A DNA stretch of 13,216 nt from Pseudothermotoga sp. (lineage in GTDB: Bacteria > Thermotogota > Thermotogae > Thermotogales > DSM-5069). Made by a program: the position numbers and the translations under genes. The DNA is taken from assembly GCA_031962025.1 (NCBI GenBank), contig JAVRKW010000021.1; one strand, given 5' to 3'. Below the pieces are notes generated by a model. The model saw only the letters and a program-made list of their open reading frames with translations. It was not told the origin of the DNA and ran no database searches. Positions 1 to 7,970 of the stretch are shown piece after piece; position 1 is the first letter of the stretch; each line of letters begins with the position of its first letter.

Positions 1-1006
1 CTTCAAATTTCACAGTGAGATCGCCTTTACCAAACTCCACAGCTTTCGCCGCAAGAACTTTGATGGGTTTTGCAATGGAAGAACTCATGAAAAACACAAC
101 CACAGAAGCTATAACTATAATTACGATGATTATACTGATGATCATCACAGTTAATCTGTTTGCTTGAGCAAGCATCTCTTTTTCCGGTACCATCAGCATC
201 ACAGACCAGCCTTTTACAAACTCAATCGGTGCGTAGAAAACATAATAAAGTCCGTCTTTCATCTTCATTTTGAACTGACCAATTTCTTGTGAAAGAATCT
301 TTGAAGCGTTTTTTTCAAGTTCTACAAAACCAACTTTGGAAGCTTCGTTTATGTTGAGTTTCATCAAATACTCTTCAGAAGTGTCTGCAATTACCATTCC
401 AGTTGAATCGCATACCAAGCCTATTGTGTTTTTTGTCAGGCGTGCTCCTTCGACAACATGGCTTATTGTGTCAAGAAGTACTGCTGCACCAAACAAGCCT
501 ATGGTTTTGTTGTTTTCATCTTTAACCGCCGCTGCTATAACAAAGATATTTTTACCGGTGGTTTTCGAAACCAGTCCTTCACTTATCGCTATGTCTTTGT
601 TTTGTTTCATAATCGCTGTGAAATAACTCCTGTCAGAAACCTGTGAAACATTTCCAAGTGTATTTGGTGCATTGCCATCCGGGTAAGCTATAAGGAACAT
701 ATTAATTTCAGGTCTTTCGTCAGCTTTTGGTTTGAGGTCTTTTTCCATTAACTCTTTCCACTCACCGGTTTTAAGCGCGTTTATCACTACATTGCGTTGT
801 GCAGATAATTTTACTTCTCTTGCAATGCCTTCGATCCAATTACTTATCACTTCACCAGATTTGCCAACCAGTTTTTGAGTGGAGTTTTCGATGATGCCTG
901 TGGTAATTTTAGTCAACTGAAAATATGTGATCACTGCTGCAACTGTGAGTATTGCCGCGACCGGCACTAGAATGGTCAGAAGCATCTTTCCTCTGAGGCT
1001 TTTCAT
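1..1006 (-). CDS. Methyl-accepting chemotaxis protein-type receptor (TM-dCache-TM-HAMP); N-terminal ~335 codons, truncated by the window edge
   Basis: Manual translation from ATG at 1006 (RBS AAGGAGGGG upstream) gives MKSLRGKMLLTILVPVAAILTVAAVITYF (TM1), then Cache-like motifs DRSYF, ISEGLVSKTTGKNIFVIAAAV and YAPIEFVKGWSV, a second TM (MIISIIIVIIVIASVVVFF) and a HAMP start SIAKPIKVLAAKAVEFGKGDLT. The frame is open to the edge. The signalling domain is not visible, so MCP versus another HAMP receptor is inferred. Confidence 0.85.
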   Translation of the reverse strand, partial: MKSLRGKMLLTILVPVAAILTVAAVITYFQLTKITTGIIENSTQKLVGKSGEVISNWIEGIAREVKLSAQRNVVINALKTGEWKELMEKDLKPKADERPEINMFLIAYPDGNAPNTLGNVSQVSDRSYFTAIMKQNKDIAISEGLVSKTTGKNIFVIAAAVKDENNKTIGLFGAAVLLDTISHVVEGARLTKNTIGLVCDSTGMVIADTSEEYLMKLNINEASKVGFVELEKNASKILSQEIGQFKMKMKDGLYYVFYAPIEFVKGWSVMLMVPEKEMLAQANRLTVMIISIIIVIIVIASVVVFFMSSSIAKPIKVLAAKAVEFGKGDLTVKFE

Positions 1007-1087
1007 GTTCTCCCCTCCTTTTTGATATTCAGACAAGGGTGAAAAAAACAGTTTACTCATTTTATTTAGAAATATACACTCAACATT

Positions 1088-1115
1088 ATTGTATCAAATT
1101 ACCGCAAATTGTCAA
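1088..1115 (-). promoter_or_regulatory. Sigma70-type promoter for the chemoreceptor gene
   Basis: On the - strand: TTGACA (1115-1110), 16 bp spacer, TACAAT (1093-1088) preceded by TGA (extended -10), about 80 bp upstream of the ATG. Confidence 0.65.
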
Positions 1116-1289
1116 AATTGACACAGGATAAAAGCACAGGCTAACTCGATCAATAAATCAATATTGCACTTTCAAAAACCAGCTGAACGATGTTACATAA
1201 CTGACCTGTGAAGCTTGTTTCAAACCAAGAAAGACTTTTAAAACACCTGTTTTTTCAAGATTGTGAAAGCTGATGGTTTTACGTAGACA

Positions 1290-1298
1290 TGTTAAAAT
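1290..1298 (+). promoter_or_regulatory. Extended -10 promoter candidate for the MATE gene
   Basis: TG-T-TAAAAT 33 bp upstream of ATG 1332; RBS GGGGTGA at 1321-1327; the -35 match is poor. Confidence 0.45.
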
Positions 1299-1331
1299 AG
1301 TTTTCAGTACGAATTTTTATGGGGTGATTGA

Positions 1332-2711
1332 ATGGATAGAGCCACAAAAGGTGTTGAAATGTTGCTTGGAGATCCAAAGAAAGCTGTGATAAAGCTTGCT
1401 ATTCCAATGATGGTTGCGATGTTTGTTCAAACACTGTACAACCTTGCCGATGGAGTATGGGTTGCGGGTCTTGGTCCACAAGCGCTGGCAGCTATAGGAA
1501 TGTTTTTCCCAATTTTTATGATAATAATCTCTTTTGCCGCCGGCATAGGCATAGGTGTGAACGCCGTTATCTCTCAAAAAATCGGTCGGGGTGATAAAAA
1601 AGCAGCAGATGAGACTGCCAAAACCGCAATCTATCTGGTCATAATTCTGAGTATCCTGCTGACGATTGCATCGCTTTTGTCCATAGGACCACTGCTCAGG
1701 TTGATGGGTGCAAGGGACGAAGTACTAAAACTTTCCCTGGATTATTCAAACAGCATACTGTACTTCATAATAGTCTTCATGTTCAGCAACGTGGGAAATG
1801 CGATTCTTCGAGGTGAAGGCGATGCAAAAAAAGCCATGTATGCGATATCTATAGGATCTATCCTGAACATATTCCTCGATCCTGTGTTTATATACGTCTT
1901 TAAACTCAGTGTTAAAGGCGCAGCTTATGCTACCGTTATTTCGGCTGCGGTTGGATGTTTTCTCATATTTTACTGGTTTTTCATCAAGAAGAACACATAT
2001 CTTTCAATCGACCTGTCTGATTTGAGAATGGATTTTTCTGCACTTGGGGATATATTGAAAATAGGTGTTCCGGCGTCATTTGCTCAGATATCCATGTCCG
2101 TAGCTATTTTCGTGCTGAACAGTTTTGCAACAAAAGCCGGCGGGCAATTTGGAGTTGCAGTTTTCACAAGTGCCTGGCGTGTAATAAATCTGGGAACGAT
2201 TCCGATGATAGGCGCTTCGACAGCCGTGACATCTGTCGTGGGTGCCGCATTTGGAGCAAGAAATGCCAGAAAACTTGAAACAGCACATCTTTTTGCGATA
2301 AAATTCGGCTTTATCCTTGGAATTTGTATCATGATAACAATACTTTTGTTCTCCAAACAGATAGCATTCATTTTCACTTACTCAGAAAAGGGAAAGGTCA
2401 TTTTTCCAGACCTTGTAAAAGCGTTGATGATACTCAGTTTGTTTCTTCCCGGTACACCCTTTGGCATGTTTACCTCTGCCATGTTTCAGGGAATCGGTCA
2501 GGGCACAAAGAGCCTTGTCATAACCATTTTCAGGACAATAATAATGCAGGTTTTCTTCTGCTGGCTTTTTGTGAATGTTTTTCAGATAGGTCTGAGCGGT
2601 GTGTGGTGGGGAATCGTGATAGGTAATCTGACCAATGCAGTTGTTGCATTCACATGGAGTCGAATCGTAATCAACAGGTTGAAAATCCATTTTGAACAAA
2701 CTCAATTCTGA
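1332..2711 (+). CDS. MATE family efflux transporter
   Basis: 459 aa with about 12 hydrophobic segments; MATE motifs LAIPMMVAMFVQTLYNLADGVWV, LRGEGDAKKAM, NIFLDPVFI, GAAYATVIS, FQGIG. Confidence 0.95.
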   Translation: MDRATKGVEMLLGDPKKAVIKLAIPMMVAMFVQTLYNLADGVWVAGLGPQALAAIGMFFPIFMIIISFAAGIGIGVNAVISQKIGRGDKKAADETAKTAIYLVIILSILLTIASLLSIGPLLRLMGARDEVLKLSLDYSNSILYFIIVFMFSNVGNAILRGEGDAKKAMYAISIGSILNIFLDPVFIYVFKLSVKGAAYATVISAAVGCFLIFYWFFIKKNTYLSIDLSDLRMDFSALGDILKIGVPASFAQISMSVAIFVLNSFATKAGGQFGVAVFTSAWRVINLGTIPMIGASTAVTSVVGAAFGARNARKLETAHLFAIKFGFILGICIMITILLFSKQIAFIFTYSEKGKVIFPDLVKALMILSLFLPGTPFGMFTSAMFQGIGQGTKSLVITIFRTIIMQVFFCWLFVNVFQIGLSGVWWGIVIGNLTNAVVAFTWSRIVINRLKIHFEQTQF

Positions 2712-3235
2712 TTTTGTGCATCTTTGTGATGAATGATTTTCACAATGAGCATCACAATCAGACTGACAAGAAAAGTCAATATCACACCAAAAGTTGCTCC
2801 ACTGATGTCTATAATCACATCGTTCAATGAAGAACCTCTGTTGAAATATTGCTGACTGTACTCATCAAGAGAAGCAATCAGCGAAGGAAGCGACAAGCCG
2901 AGTAAAATGGCTGCAAAGAATTTTTGCGTGTAGAACAAACCGAACAAGAAACAAAGTGATCCAAGAAATAAATACAGCCCAAAGTGAGCACTTTTTCTGA
3001 TAAATTCAATAGTCGATGCCCTGCGATCACCAAACCAGAACCTGTTCAATGTCGTTCTCAGCTTGATGAATAACTGCGTGTCTGAAAAATCGAAAGTTTT
3101 ATCCAACTTTTTGAGCAAGTTGTATGCGAAATTTGCCTGCTTTGATGATTCATCTGGAAGTCTGGTGGAAAAGTAAAATATCAACCCAATCCACAGGACG
3201 AATGCAATGAAAAAAATCAACCAGATCCTTTTCAA
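2702..3235 (-). CDS. VanZ-family membrane protein
   Basis: Motifs LIFYFS, IRKSAHFGLY and DEYSQQYFNRGSSLNDVIIDISG match the VanZ-like pattern. Start moved from 3301 to TTG at 3235 because GGGAG lies 7 nt upstream and a promoter -10 lies inside the longer ORF call. Confidence 0.88.
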   Translation of the reverse strand: MKRIWLIFFIAFVLWIGLIFYFSTRLPDESSKQANFAYNLLKKLDKTFDFSDTQLFIKLRTTLNRFWFGDRRASTIEFIRKSAHFGLYLFLGSLCFLFGLFYTQKFFAAILLGLSLPSLIASLDEYSQQYFNRGSSLNDVIIDISGATFGVILTFLVSLIVMLIVKIIHHKDAQNQN

Positions 3236-3275
3236 ACTCTCACTCCCATAGAAAAAAGATGAATGTTCTGTGAGG

Positions 3276-3284
3276 ATTATATCA
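3276..3284 (-). promoter_or_regulatory. Extended -10 promoter for the VanZ-like gene
   Basis: The - strand reads TG-A-TATAAT (consensus extended -10), about 40 bp upstream of TTG 3235. Confidence 0.6.
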
Positions 3285-3315
3285 GACGTGTGGCTGTTCA
3301 AGCCATGATAATTTT

Positions 3316-3332
3316 ATCTTTCTGTGAAAGAT
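3316..3332. promoter_or_regulatory. Palindromic operator candidate ATCTTTC-N3-GAAAGAT
   Basis: Perfect 7 bp inverted repeat with a 3 bp spacer; a near-copy lies at 3607-3623. Confidence 0.4.
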
Positions 3333-3565
3333 TGATAGTTCTTAACATCATAGAGCGTGCATGGAATAACGACCAGATGGTATTGCAACCAAAATCATAC
3401 GCCTTTAGCTTCTGAAAACCGTGTAGATCATAGTAAATGCATCATTTCAGGTCGATAACCAGAGAAAAACGTAGAAAAAAGCAGAAATAATCAGATAAAC
3501 AGATATAATCTGGGAAATTTCTGTGAATGCAGTCTAAAAACAGTTATGAGCTTTAATTATCATGA

Positions 3566-3594
3566 TTGAACAAATTTGTTAAACCTGATCTAAT
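3566..3594 (+). promoter_or_regulatory. Sigma70-type promoter of the ROK/ABC operon
   Basis: TTGAAC (3566-3571), 17 bp, TCTAAT (3589-3594) preceded by TGA; overlapped by the palindrome AACAAATTTGTT (3569-3580). Confidence 0.6.
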
Positions 3595-3606
3595 ATAACC
3601 AACAGA

Positions 3607-3623
3607 ATCTTTTCAAGAAAGAA
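3607..3623. promoter_or_regulatory. Probable ROK repressor operator (ATCTTTT-CAA-GAAAGAA)
   Basis: Imperfect palindrome just downstream of the predicted transcription start and upstream of the ROK gene RBS, a typical autorepression position. Confidence 0.45.
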
Positions 3624-3649
3624 ATATCAACCATAAGAGGAGTGACGGG

Positions 3650-4822
3650 GTGAAAACGGCAAAAAAGGTCGATCCAAAATCCATGAAAAAGATGAACAAG
3701 CAGCTCATCTTGAGATACCTTGTTGAGCATGGACCAAGCAGTAGAACGGAGCTTGTTGCCAAAACGGGACTTGCGAACAGTGCTGTCTGGAGAATTATCG
3801 AAGAGCTGGTTGAACAGGGATTTATAGAACAGAAGGAGTATTTCATGAAGACCAGCACCAAAAAGGCTGCCATCTATGGTGTTACGAGAAATTACATGAC
3901 GTGCCTCATAGTCGATGTTCAGGTTCTTCAAACAACAGTTGCACTGGGATTTTTGGATGGAAGCTGGGAGATTCTTGAGAATTTCCCAACAACCAGCTTT
4001 GAAGAGTTCACATACCGAATCAATGAATTTTTATCAGAAAAAACCTTGAATCGTCTTTTGGGAAAGAAGAGAAAAAACAGAATAGTCTTCTCGGTGCCGG
4101 GGATTGTTGACAGCCAGAAAAGTAAGCTGCTCTACGCACCTAATCTCAAATGGCACGACGTAGATTTTAAAGAACAGTTCGGCAAAAAGACCTTTGAGAT
4201 CATCGTGGATAACGATTCAAATCTTTCACTGCTTGCAGAATCGTTTTTCTCCAATGACATAAAAGATTCGAACAACGCTTTTTTCCTTTATCTTGGCGAG
4301 GGTGTTGGAGGAGCGCTTTTGATAAACGGAAAAATTGTCAGGGGTATGAATTTCGCCGCCGGGGAAATTGGGCACACGGTCTTGGATATGAAAGATGGAA
4401 TCGTTGAGGTTGAAGCACTTCTGTCTATTTCGAAATTAGTTGAAAAATTTGAAAAACTCAAAGGCAAAACACTTGAAGGTAATCTCAAAGAAAGATTTGA
4501 CTGTGTCGTTAAAGCCTGGCTTGGCACAGACAAAATCGCTCAGCAGTTGATCGATGATTTTCTGAGAAATCTGGTCCTTGTGTTGAGAAATATTGGATAT
4601 CTGATCAATCCACAGATAATAGTTTTTGGTGGTTCGGTGAACAACCTGTGGGAGAATTTTGGACCGTTTATTGAGAAAGAACTCAAAAAGATCGACGATT
4701 ATGGTTTTCTAAATGGTATGACATTCAGAGATACGATCTTTAAGAACGTTTCTCCATCTCTTCCTGGATGCAATGTTGCGGCAATAAACAGAGTCCTTGA
4801 GGATTCAAACCTCACAGGATAA
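3650..4822 (+). CDS. ROK family transcriptional regulator (XylR/NagC-like, probably glucose-responsive)
   Basis: N-terminal wHTH (NKQLILRYL..GPSSRTELVAKTGLANSAVWRIIEEL) and ROK domain motifs VPGIVD, DNDSN, GEGVGGALLING, AGEIGH; RBS AGAGGAG upstream of GTG 3650. Confidence 0.93.
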   Translation: MKTAKKVDPKSMKKMNKQLILRYLVEHGPSSRTELVAKTGLANSAVWRIIEELVEQGFIEQKEYFMKTSTKKAAIYGVTRNYMTCLIVDVQVLQTTVALGFLDGSWEILENFPTTSFEEFTYRINEFLSEKTLNRLLGKKRKNRIVFSVPGIVDSQKSKLLYAPNLKWHDVDFKEQFGKKTFEIIVDNDSNLSLLAESFFSNDIKDSNNAFFLYLGEGVGGALLINGKIVRGMNFAAGEIGHTVLDMKDGIVEVEALLSISKLVEKFEKLKGKTLEGNLKERFDCVVKAWLGTDKIAQQLIDDFLRNLVLVLRNIGYLINPQIIVFGGSVNNLWENFGPFIEKELKKIDDYGFLNGMTFRDTIFKNVSPSLPGCNVAAINRVLEDSNLTG

Positions 4823-4852
4823 AATATTTAACTCTCAAGGGGAGGTGTTTGT

Positions 4853-6079
4853 ATGTGGCGCAGGTTAGTACTGCTCTTTGCAATGGCTCTTGCCGTGGTT
4901 TCATTCGCAGCAAAGATTGAGATCTTCAGCTGGTGGACTGCCGGAGGAGAGGCAGAAGGATTACAGGAACTGTTCAACATCTTCAGCAAAGCAAACCCCG
5001 GTGTGGAAATCATCAACGCAACTGTTGCCGGTGGTGCGGGTGCTCAGGCAAAAGCGGTGTTGAAAACCAGAATGCTCGGGGGAGATCCACCAGACACATT
5101 TCAGGTGCATGCCGGGCATGAACTCATCGACACATGGGTGAAAACAGGATTCATGGAACCCATCACTTTCCTTTACAAAGCAGAAGGCTGGGACAAGGCT
5201 ATGCCAAAAGGTATTCTTGACATTGTTTCATACAACGGCGAGATGTGGTCAGTCCCGGTCAATATTCACAGGGCAAATGTGCTGTGGTACAACAAAGCGA
5301 TTTTCGACAAGTACGGTTTGAAACCACCAACAACCTTTGATGAATTTTTCAAAGTGGCAGATACTCTCAAATCACATGGAATCATACCACTTGCACTTGG
5401 AACAAAAGACGGCTGGGAAGCGGCTCATGCATTTGAAACAGTTCTCATTGGAAAACTCGGTGCGGAAGGATACAAAGGACTGTGGAATGGCAAAACAAAA
5501 TGGTCTGATCCTCGAGTAACAGATGCACTTGAAACATTCGCCAAAATGCTCACATACGTTAATCCAGACCATGCAGCGCGCACATGGGATGAAGCCTGTG
5601 CTCTCATTGTCGAAGGTAAAGCCGCAATGAACATCATGGGAGACTGGGCAGTTGGATATTTCTATGCAAAGAATTTCAAAGATTTCGGCTGGACTCTGGC
5701 ACCCGGCAATGCTGGAATTTTCGATGCTCTGTCCGACAGCTTTGGACTGCCAAAAGGTGCGAAGAACAGGGAAACTGTCATTGCATTTTTGAAAGTACTC
5801 GGTTCGAAAGAAGGACAGGTAGCGTTCAATATCAAGAAAGGTTCTATACCGGCAAGAACAGATGTCGACAAAAATCTGTTCCCGGAGTATCAGAGATCTG
5901 CTATGGACGACTGGCTAACACATGAAATCGTTCCGAGTGTCATGCATGGTGCAGCGGCTTCTGAAGGCTGGGTAACTGAGTTCAAAGATGTGATATCTTT
6001 GTTTGTCGCAAGACCGGATGTGAAAGTTACACAAAAAGCTCTGGTGAATATCGCAATAGGACAGGGTGTGGCACAATAA
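4853..6079 (+). CDS. Carbohydrate ABC transporter substrate-binding protein, glucose-binding (GtsA / Thermus GBP-like) type
   Basis: Signal peptide ending VSFA with no lipobox; EIFSWW, INATVAGGAG, LKTRMLGGDPPDTFQVHAG, PVNIHRAN, MGDWA, SDSFG, KKGSIP and SVMHG resemble glucose-binding proteins as recalled; RBS GGAGGT. Confidence 0.92.
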   Translation: MWRRLVLLFAMALAVVSFAAKIEIFSWWTAGGEAEGLQELFNIFSKANPGVEIINATVAGGAGAQAKAVLKTRMLGGDPPDTFQVHAGHELIDTWVKTGFMEPITFLYKAEGWDKAMPKGILDIVSYNGEMWSVPVNIHRANVLWYNKAIFDKYGLKPPTTFDEFFKVADTLKSHGIIPLALGTKDGWEAAHAFETVLIGKLGAEGYKGLWNGKTKWSDPRVTDALETFAKMLTYVNPDHAARTWDEACALIVEGKAAMNIMGDWAVGYFYAKNFKDFGWTLAPGNAGIFDALSDSFGLPKGAKNRETVIAFLKVLGSKEGQVAFNIKKGSIPARTDVDKNLFPEYQRSAMDDWLTHEIVPSVMHGAAASEGWVTEFKDVISLFVARPDVKVTQKALVNIAIGQGVAQ

Positions 6080-6084
6080 GACTC

Positions 6085-6119
6085 AAAAAGGGGAAGGTCC
6101 TTTCGCCTTCCCCTTTTTT
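6085..6119 (+). terminator. Intra-operon stem-loop or intrinsic terminator after the binding-protein gene
   Basis: AAAAAGGGGAAGG-TCCTTTCG-CCTTCCCCTTTTTT: 13 bp perfect stem, 8 nt loop, T6 tail. Confidence 0.85.
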
Positions 6120-6139
6120 CAAATGGAGGGTCTAAATAA

Positions 6140-7027
6140 ATGAAAAAAGACAGGTTGGCATCTATTTTGTTCATTCTTCCGTCGATTATCTTAATAGGTA
6201 TATTCGTCTATTTTTTCATAGGATGGACCTCATGGGTCTCATTGGTGAACTGGAAGGATATCTTTCCTGATTTCACTTTCGTTGGCTTGAAAAATTATGC
6301 GCGACTGTTTGAAAATTACAGATTCACGATTTCTTTGAAAAACACCGCTGTGTTCACGGCACTGTTTCTGGTGGCGAGTATAACCATAGGACTGCTATTA
6401 GCGATACTTTTGGACAGAAAGGTGCGTTTTGAGGGCTTGCTCAGAACAATTTACCTGTTTCCCATGGCGGTGTCTTTTGTGGTCACCGGTGTTGTCTGGA
6501 GATGGATACTCAATCCTGGTCCCGGTGGGGAAAGCGTTGGTATAAATCTGCTGTTTGAGAAAATTGGACTGTCTTTTTTGAAAAGCGGCTGGTACACAGA
6601 TCCAAATATAGGTATAAAAGCGGTGGTAATAGCAGCCGTATGGCAAATGTCTGGTTATGTGATGGCAATGTACCTGGCTGGAATAAGGGGAATCCCGGTA
6701 GAACTGTATGAAGCAGCGCAGCTTGATGGTGCGAATACAATGCAGGTGTATCGATATATAGTGATACCATTGCTCAGACCTATCACACTTGGAGCAGTGA
6801 TAGTTCTGGGGCATATCTCTTTGAAAATCTTCGATCTGGTTTTTGCGATGACAGGTAGCGGTATAGGTTTTTCATGTGATGTGCCGGCTTTGTTCATGTA
6901 CGATACCACCTTCAGGGGAAATTACTTCTCTCAGGGTGCCGCTGTCGCGATGATGTTGCTTTTGTTTGTAGCCGTGCTGATAGTGCCTTATCTGATTTAC
7001 AGCATCAGAACGGAGGTAAGACGATGA
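6140..7027 (+). CDS. Sugar ABC transporter permease (MalF-like, CUT1)
   Basis: FVGLKNY, RTIYLFP and EAA loop LYEAAQLDGA..IVIPLLRP; RBS GGAGG. Confidence 0.95.
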   Translation: MKKDRLASILFILPSIILIGIFVYFFIGWTSWVSLVNWKDIFPDFTFVGLKNYARLFENYRFTISLKNTAVFTALFLVASITIGLLLAILLDRKVRFEGLLRTIYLFPMAVSFVVTGVVWRWILNPGPGGESVGINLLFEKIGLSFLKSGWYTDPNIGIKAVVIAAVWQMSGYVMAMYLAGIRGIPVELYEAAQLDGANTMQVYRYIVIPLLRPITLGAVIVLGHISLKIFDLVFAMTGSGIGFSCDVPALFMYDTTFRGNYFSQGAAVAMMLLLFVAVLIVPYLIYSIRTEVRR

Positions 7028-7866
7028 AGTTTGGCAGGATAGCTCTCTATATCGTGCTCATTGTTTTTGCGATATTTTACATGATGCCGATATACGTCCT
7101 TTTAGTCACCGGCTTGAAAAGCTTTCAGCAGGTAAGCTTGAGGGAAATGTGGAATTTGCCAAAATCCATCACATTCGAGAGTTTTGTGCGTGCCTGGAAA
7201 GGTGATCCTTCACGTGGGCTCAGGGGTCTTTCGCAAAACTTCATGAACAGCGTCTATCTTGTAATACCAGCCACTCTGATCTCGGCGATGCTTGGATCGA
7301 TGAATGGATATGTTCTCACAAAATGGAAATTCAAGGGAGCAAATACCGTATTTGCAGTACTTCTGTTTGGAATGTTTATCCCATATCAAAGCATTCTGAT
7401 TCCGCTTGTTCAGCTTCTTCAAAAAGTAAAGCTGTATGGTTCAATCCCCGGATTGATTTTCGTGCACAGTGTCTATGGGATACCGATAACCACGTTGATA
7501 TTCAGAAACTATTATTCGACGATACCCACTGATATCGTCGAGGCATCGAAAATAGACGGAGCAGGTTTTGTGAGAATTTATACAAATATAATCCTGCCGG
7601 TTTCCATGCCCGCCTTCGCAGTGGTTATGATCTGGCAGTTCACATCGATCTGGAATGACTTTCTCTTTGGTCTCATCGTTGCGCCTAATCCAGCGGTTCA
7701 GCCGGTAACCGTTGCATTGAACAACCTCGCAGGAAGTTATTTTGTCGAATGGAATATACAAATGGCTGGCGCTTTGATTACCGCCTTACCAACATTGCTC
7801 GTTTATATCTTTCTTGGAAGATTCTTCATGAGAGGACTGCTTGCCGGCAGCCTTGCTGGAACATAA
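7024..7866 (+). CDS. Sugar ABC transporter permease (MalG-like, CUT1)
   Basis: EAA loop IVEASKIDGA, WNDFLF, MAGALITALP; ATGA overlap with the upstream permease; RBS GGAGGT. Confidence 0.95.
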   Translation: MKFGRIALYIVLIVFAIFYMMPIYVLLVTGLKSFQQVSLREMWNLPKSITFESFVRAWKGDPSRGLRGLSQNFMNSVYLVIPATLISAMLGSMNGYVLTKWKFKGANTVFAVLLFGMFIPYQSILIPLVQLLQKVKLYGSIPGLIFVHSVYGIPITTLIFRNYYSTIPTDIVEASKIDGAGFVRIYTNIILPVSMPAFAVVMIWQFTSIWNDFLFGLIVAPNPAVQPVTVALNNLAGSYFVEWNIQMAGALITALPTLLVYIFLGRFFMRGLLAGSLAGT

Positions 7867-7970
7867 ACTGACTGCTGACCGATAAATTCAGTATATATTC
7901 AAAATACTTTTTCAAAGTCATTTCACACTGCTTTGAAGATGAAATGTTAATATCATATCTGGTGGTTTTT

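Noticed and set aside
336..646. + strand ORFs 336..626 and 458..646
   Set aside because: Antisense shadows of the chemoreceptor gene on the - strand; no recognisable motifs.
1007..1331. Riboswitch (e.g. c-di-GMP) upstream of the chemoreceptor or MATE gene
   Set aside because: No recognisable aptamer motifs or terminator hairpin by eye, and the predicted receptor leader is short and AT-rich. An Rfam scan would be decisive.
2702..3301. VanZ plus MATE as an antibiotic-resistance locus, and the 3301 start
   Set aside because: VanZ-like and MATE families are widespread and no van cluster genes are present. The longer start would contain the gene's own -10 and RBS.
3236..3649. CRISPR array, tRNA or sRNA in the 414 bp intergenic region
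   Set aside because: No repeat-spacer structure, cloverleaf or GC-rich stem-loop was found.
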